64,000 bases of DNA, from contig NW_027272134.1 in NCBI RefSeq assembly GCF_040938485.1, positions 620,001-684,000 on the forward strand, given 5' to 3'. The stretch's first letter is position 1; every line of letters starts with the position of its first letter. Below are positions 61,480 to 64,000 of the stretch, piece after piece. Origin of the DNA: Diadema antillarum. Its lineage: Eukaryota. Under the pieces are notes generated by a model. That model made no database searches and had not been told where the DNA came from. It worked only from the letters and a program-made list of their open reading frames with translations. Made by a program: the position numbers and the translations under genes.

Positions 61480-62093
61480 GCCTTTTAAAAAAGGCTAGGA
61501 ATTGGGGGAAAAGGAAATGAATGAAAATGTGTTAAAAAAACATGGAAAAAAATGAAACAAAAGGTTTACAAAATAGAAAGTTCATTAAAAGATAATGGAA
61601 GGTAAGAAAGAAGAGAAACTTGCATTGTAATGGAAAGCAAGGGAGAGATGGATATAGTTTGTAAAGGAAAGAGGAAAGCAAAGAGAAAAATATAGATTGA
61701 AAACAGACAAGCACCAGGTAGAATAATAGAATGAGAGATGAATCAAGACAGGATGAAAGCAAAGATGATTAGGAAGGAAAGAAAGAATTATACATGTTGA
61801 AAGGAAATTAAGAAAAGGATTCATTAGAATGAAAAGATATTGGAGAGGATCGAAAAGATATTGGAGAAGATCGAAAGGAAAGACCCTTGTTAAGTTGTAG
61901 TTGGAGGGAAAAGCAACCAAAGGAGGGAAACAAAAAACGATTAGGCAGACAGTACAGTTAAATAGGAAATTGAGAAAGTTAAACTAAAGGAAAACCACAA
62001 AGAATTGATTGATAGGAAGGAAAGGGAAATTTAGGTATAGATTCTACCTGAAAATGAAAGAAGAAAGATAGAAAAAAAAGAGAGAAAGATATA
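61480..62093. repeat. Purine-rich (GA/A) low-complexity tract including a 21-bp tandem duplication (61832-61873)
   Basis: About 600 bp with very few C on the + strand; gaaaagatattggaga(g/a)gatc x2. Confidence 0.75.
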
Positions 62094-62300
62094 AGTGGCA
62101 GCACACACTTGCACATGCATTTCGCTTTGGAACTACAAAATGCAAGACTAACGCAAGACTTGGCCGAGGAAAAGAGTTAGCCTTTCAACGACACCATAGA
62201 AAAAACCGCTGTGTCGCGCGCTACATTCAGACCAAAATGACCAACCCTGCATGCGCTAAACATATTCGTACTGTGCTTGTGTACAGAGCAGCATATTTCA
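62048..62300 (-). promoter_or_regulatory. Probable Srrm234 promoter / non-coding first exon region
   Basis: CpG density rises abruptly; ACTACA-type motif at about 62131; possible donor CAG|gtagaa at 62048/62047. An upstream exon is required by the acceptor at 59044. Exact boundaries are not resolved. Confidence 0.35.
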
Positions 62301-62665
62301 AGCAAGCAAGATTTTCTACCAATTTTCCGACACTCGTAATATGGGTACCGGTACTAAAAGTGTTAAAACTTAACGTCTAGTCAACTTTGGAGACCCAGAT
62401 GCAAGTACTTTAGGTTAGATCTACTGTACTGAATAACAAAGGGTGAGTTTGTGTGTGTTTGGAGGTCATTTGACAAGACAGGTGCAAAAGTACACTAGCA
62501 CCAAATTCTATGCTCCCAACTGAACTGTGGCACTAAATCGCCAAAACAAAACCATAAACCACCAAAGAAACACGTCTTCACAACTTTTCATTGTCAATTT
62601 CGTCCAAAAATCAGCTCACAAAAGCCTGGAGATTTCCTTTCTGTAGCAATTTAATATGCTACATA

Positions 62666-63464
62666 CCGTTAGTGCACCAGTTTTCGACAGGACCCAGATT
62701 TCGACACCCAGCAGATAATTCTTATTGAATTTTATACTCAGTACAAACGTCTGACTTCAACAATCAACCAAGTTATCAATCACATTTCTAGTCTTATATA
62801 ATCACCATTTGTCACTTGTCATCATAATCCGACGATAGAATATTTAGGAGAAAAGCAACACAGTGTCAGCAGAAATGTTGATGTCAGCCATTTTTAGGGG
62901 TTCAAAACAATATGACGCATTTTGTATACATCGCCGTAAAATGAAATTCACCCATGCCGGTTATCTTACTTTAGTATCAGTTTGTTTGCCAAATCCTGAT
63001 GTTTGATTTCATAGTATAGATCGTCTTTAGTAATTTCATGGCTGAATTCGTGATAAATGAGCAAACTTGTAGAAAGAGTTGGCTTTGAGAATGTGGCACC
63101 GGATTTCGACATTCCCATATTAAGACACGTTATAGAGGAAAATACAAGTTCTTGCGCTGGTATGATTGCTGGTTTGCGTCCACAATGCAGTGTACGCGTA
63201 CTGTACGCGCCCTGTGATTTATGTGTGATGCGCGCTGCATGATTGTGTCGAAAAATGATGCTGGGTGTCGAAATCTGATGCCAGCAACGGCGTGACGGAA
63301 ATGGCTTAAAATTGAACACGAGTGCATTCGTTGGGAATTCGTTCAAGGCATATTATTACTGGCCTTAGTGGCTCAACTTCATATCGAAATTCCGAGGTAA
63401 AACGGTGCGGTATTGACGGTAAACAAGGAAATGTGCTAAGTGTCGAAAACCGGTGCCCTAACTG
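62666..63464. mobile_element. About 800-bp non-autonomous Tc1/pogo-like element
   Basis: TA-ccgttagtgcaccagttttcgaca / tgtcgaaaaccggtgccctaactg-TA; second inverted pair cagatttcgacacccagca / tgctgggtgtcgaaatctg. Confidence 0.72.
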
Positions 63465-64000
63465 TACATTAAGCTACAATAATTATCAAATGCTAAAGAC
63501 AGCCAAATTATGCCTAGCATAACGCTAGATGCTGAAACGTCTAAAATTATGCCAGAAAGCATCATCCATAGTGTTTGTACCTCCGTGGTTATGCCAACTC
63601 TGGCAACCATATTCAGATGACACAGACTTTTATACAGTCTGTAGTGTAGTCCATGTAGCTGAGTATAGTATTGAGTGCGAGTGCATCTCAATTTCATCCC
63701 ATTGCCCATTGGCATCATAAACACGTAGGCCTAGCCAATACAGTCATTACACACACACACTGCGCTCGCACTGCACTGTGTGACTGCGCTGGTCAGCAGG
63801 CTATTACCTACAAGAGACTCTGCAGGTTTATCACAACATTCTGCGCATTCTTTCCTGCATAGCGACCAAAATCATACCATAAGTAAAAACTCAGATATTT
63901 CAAGATCACCGCTAAATTCATTCTAATTCAATAAACAAATAAAATCACTCACAATATGACGAGTTGTTTCTCACTTTGTCGCCGTTTTATCTACGTTGAT

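Overview
Eukaryotic (animal) genomic DNA: AT-rich, intron-rich and MITE-rich, most consistent with an invertebrate deuterostome such as a sea urchin (an inference from gene structure and repeat style, not proven). Two convergent, fully reconstructable spliced genes fill the window. (1) On the + strand, a 5-exon PXMP2 (Mpv17/PMP22-family peroxisomal membrane protein, 185 aa), CDS 7396-15661. (2) On the - strand, an SRRM2/3/4 pro-orthologue (Srrm234), CDS 59030 down to 24316, with an N-terminal cwf21 domain, RS-rich exons and two mutually exclusive last exons. The proximal last exon (32806-32674) gives an RS-only tail. The distal last exon (24472-24316) completes the eMIC (enhancer of microexons) domain: FSPIRKRRDSPSFLDRRRIT|SARKLPVPYERP. 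Between the two last exons, about 70 nt upstream of the first AATAAA after the proximal stop, lies a branchpoint-UGC-AG|GTAAGC element that may be a recursive splice site or switch controlling eMIC expression. The rest is introns and intergenic DNA with nested non-autonomous DNA transposons (TTAA/Kolobok-like, Harbinger-like, Helentron/HINE-like, TA-flanked and 8-bp-TSD MITEs), fold-back palindromes and microsatellites. All coordinates and alignments were derived by hand; no database search was run.
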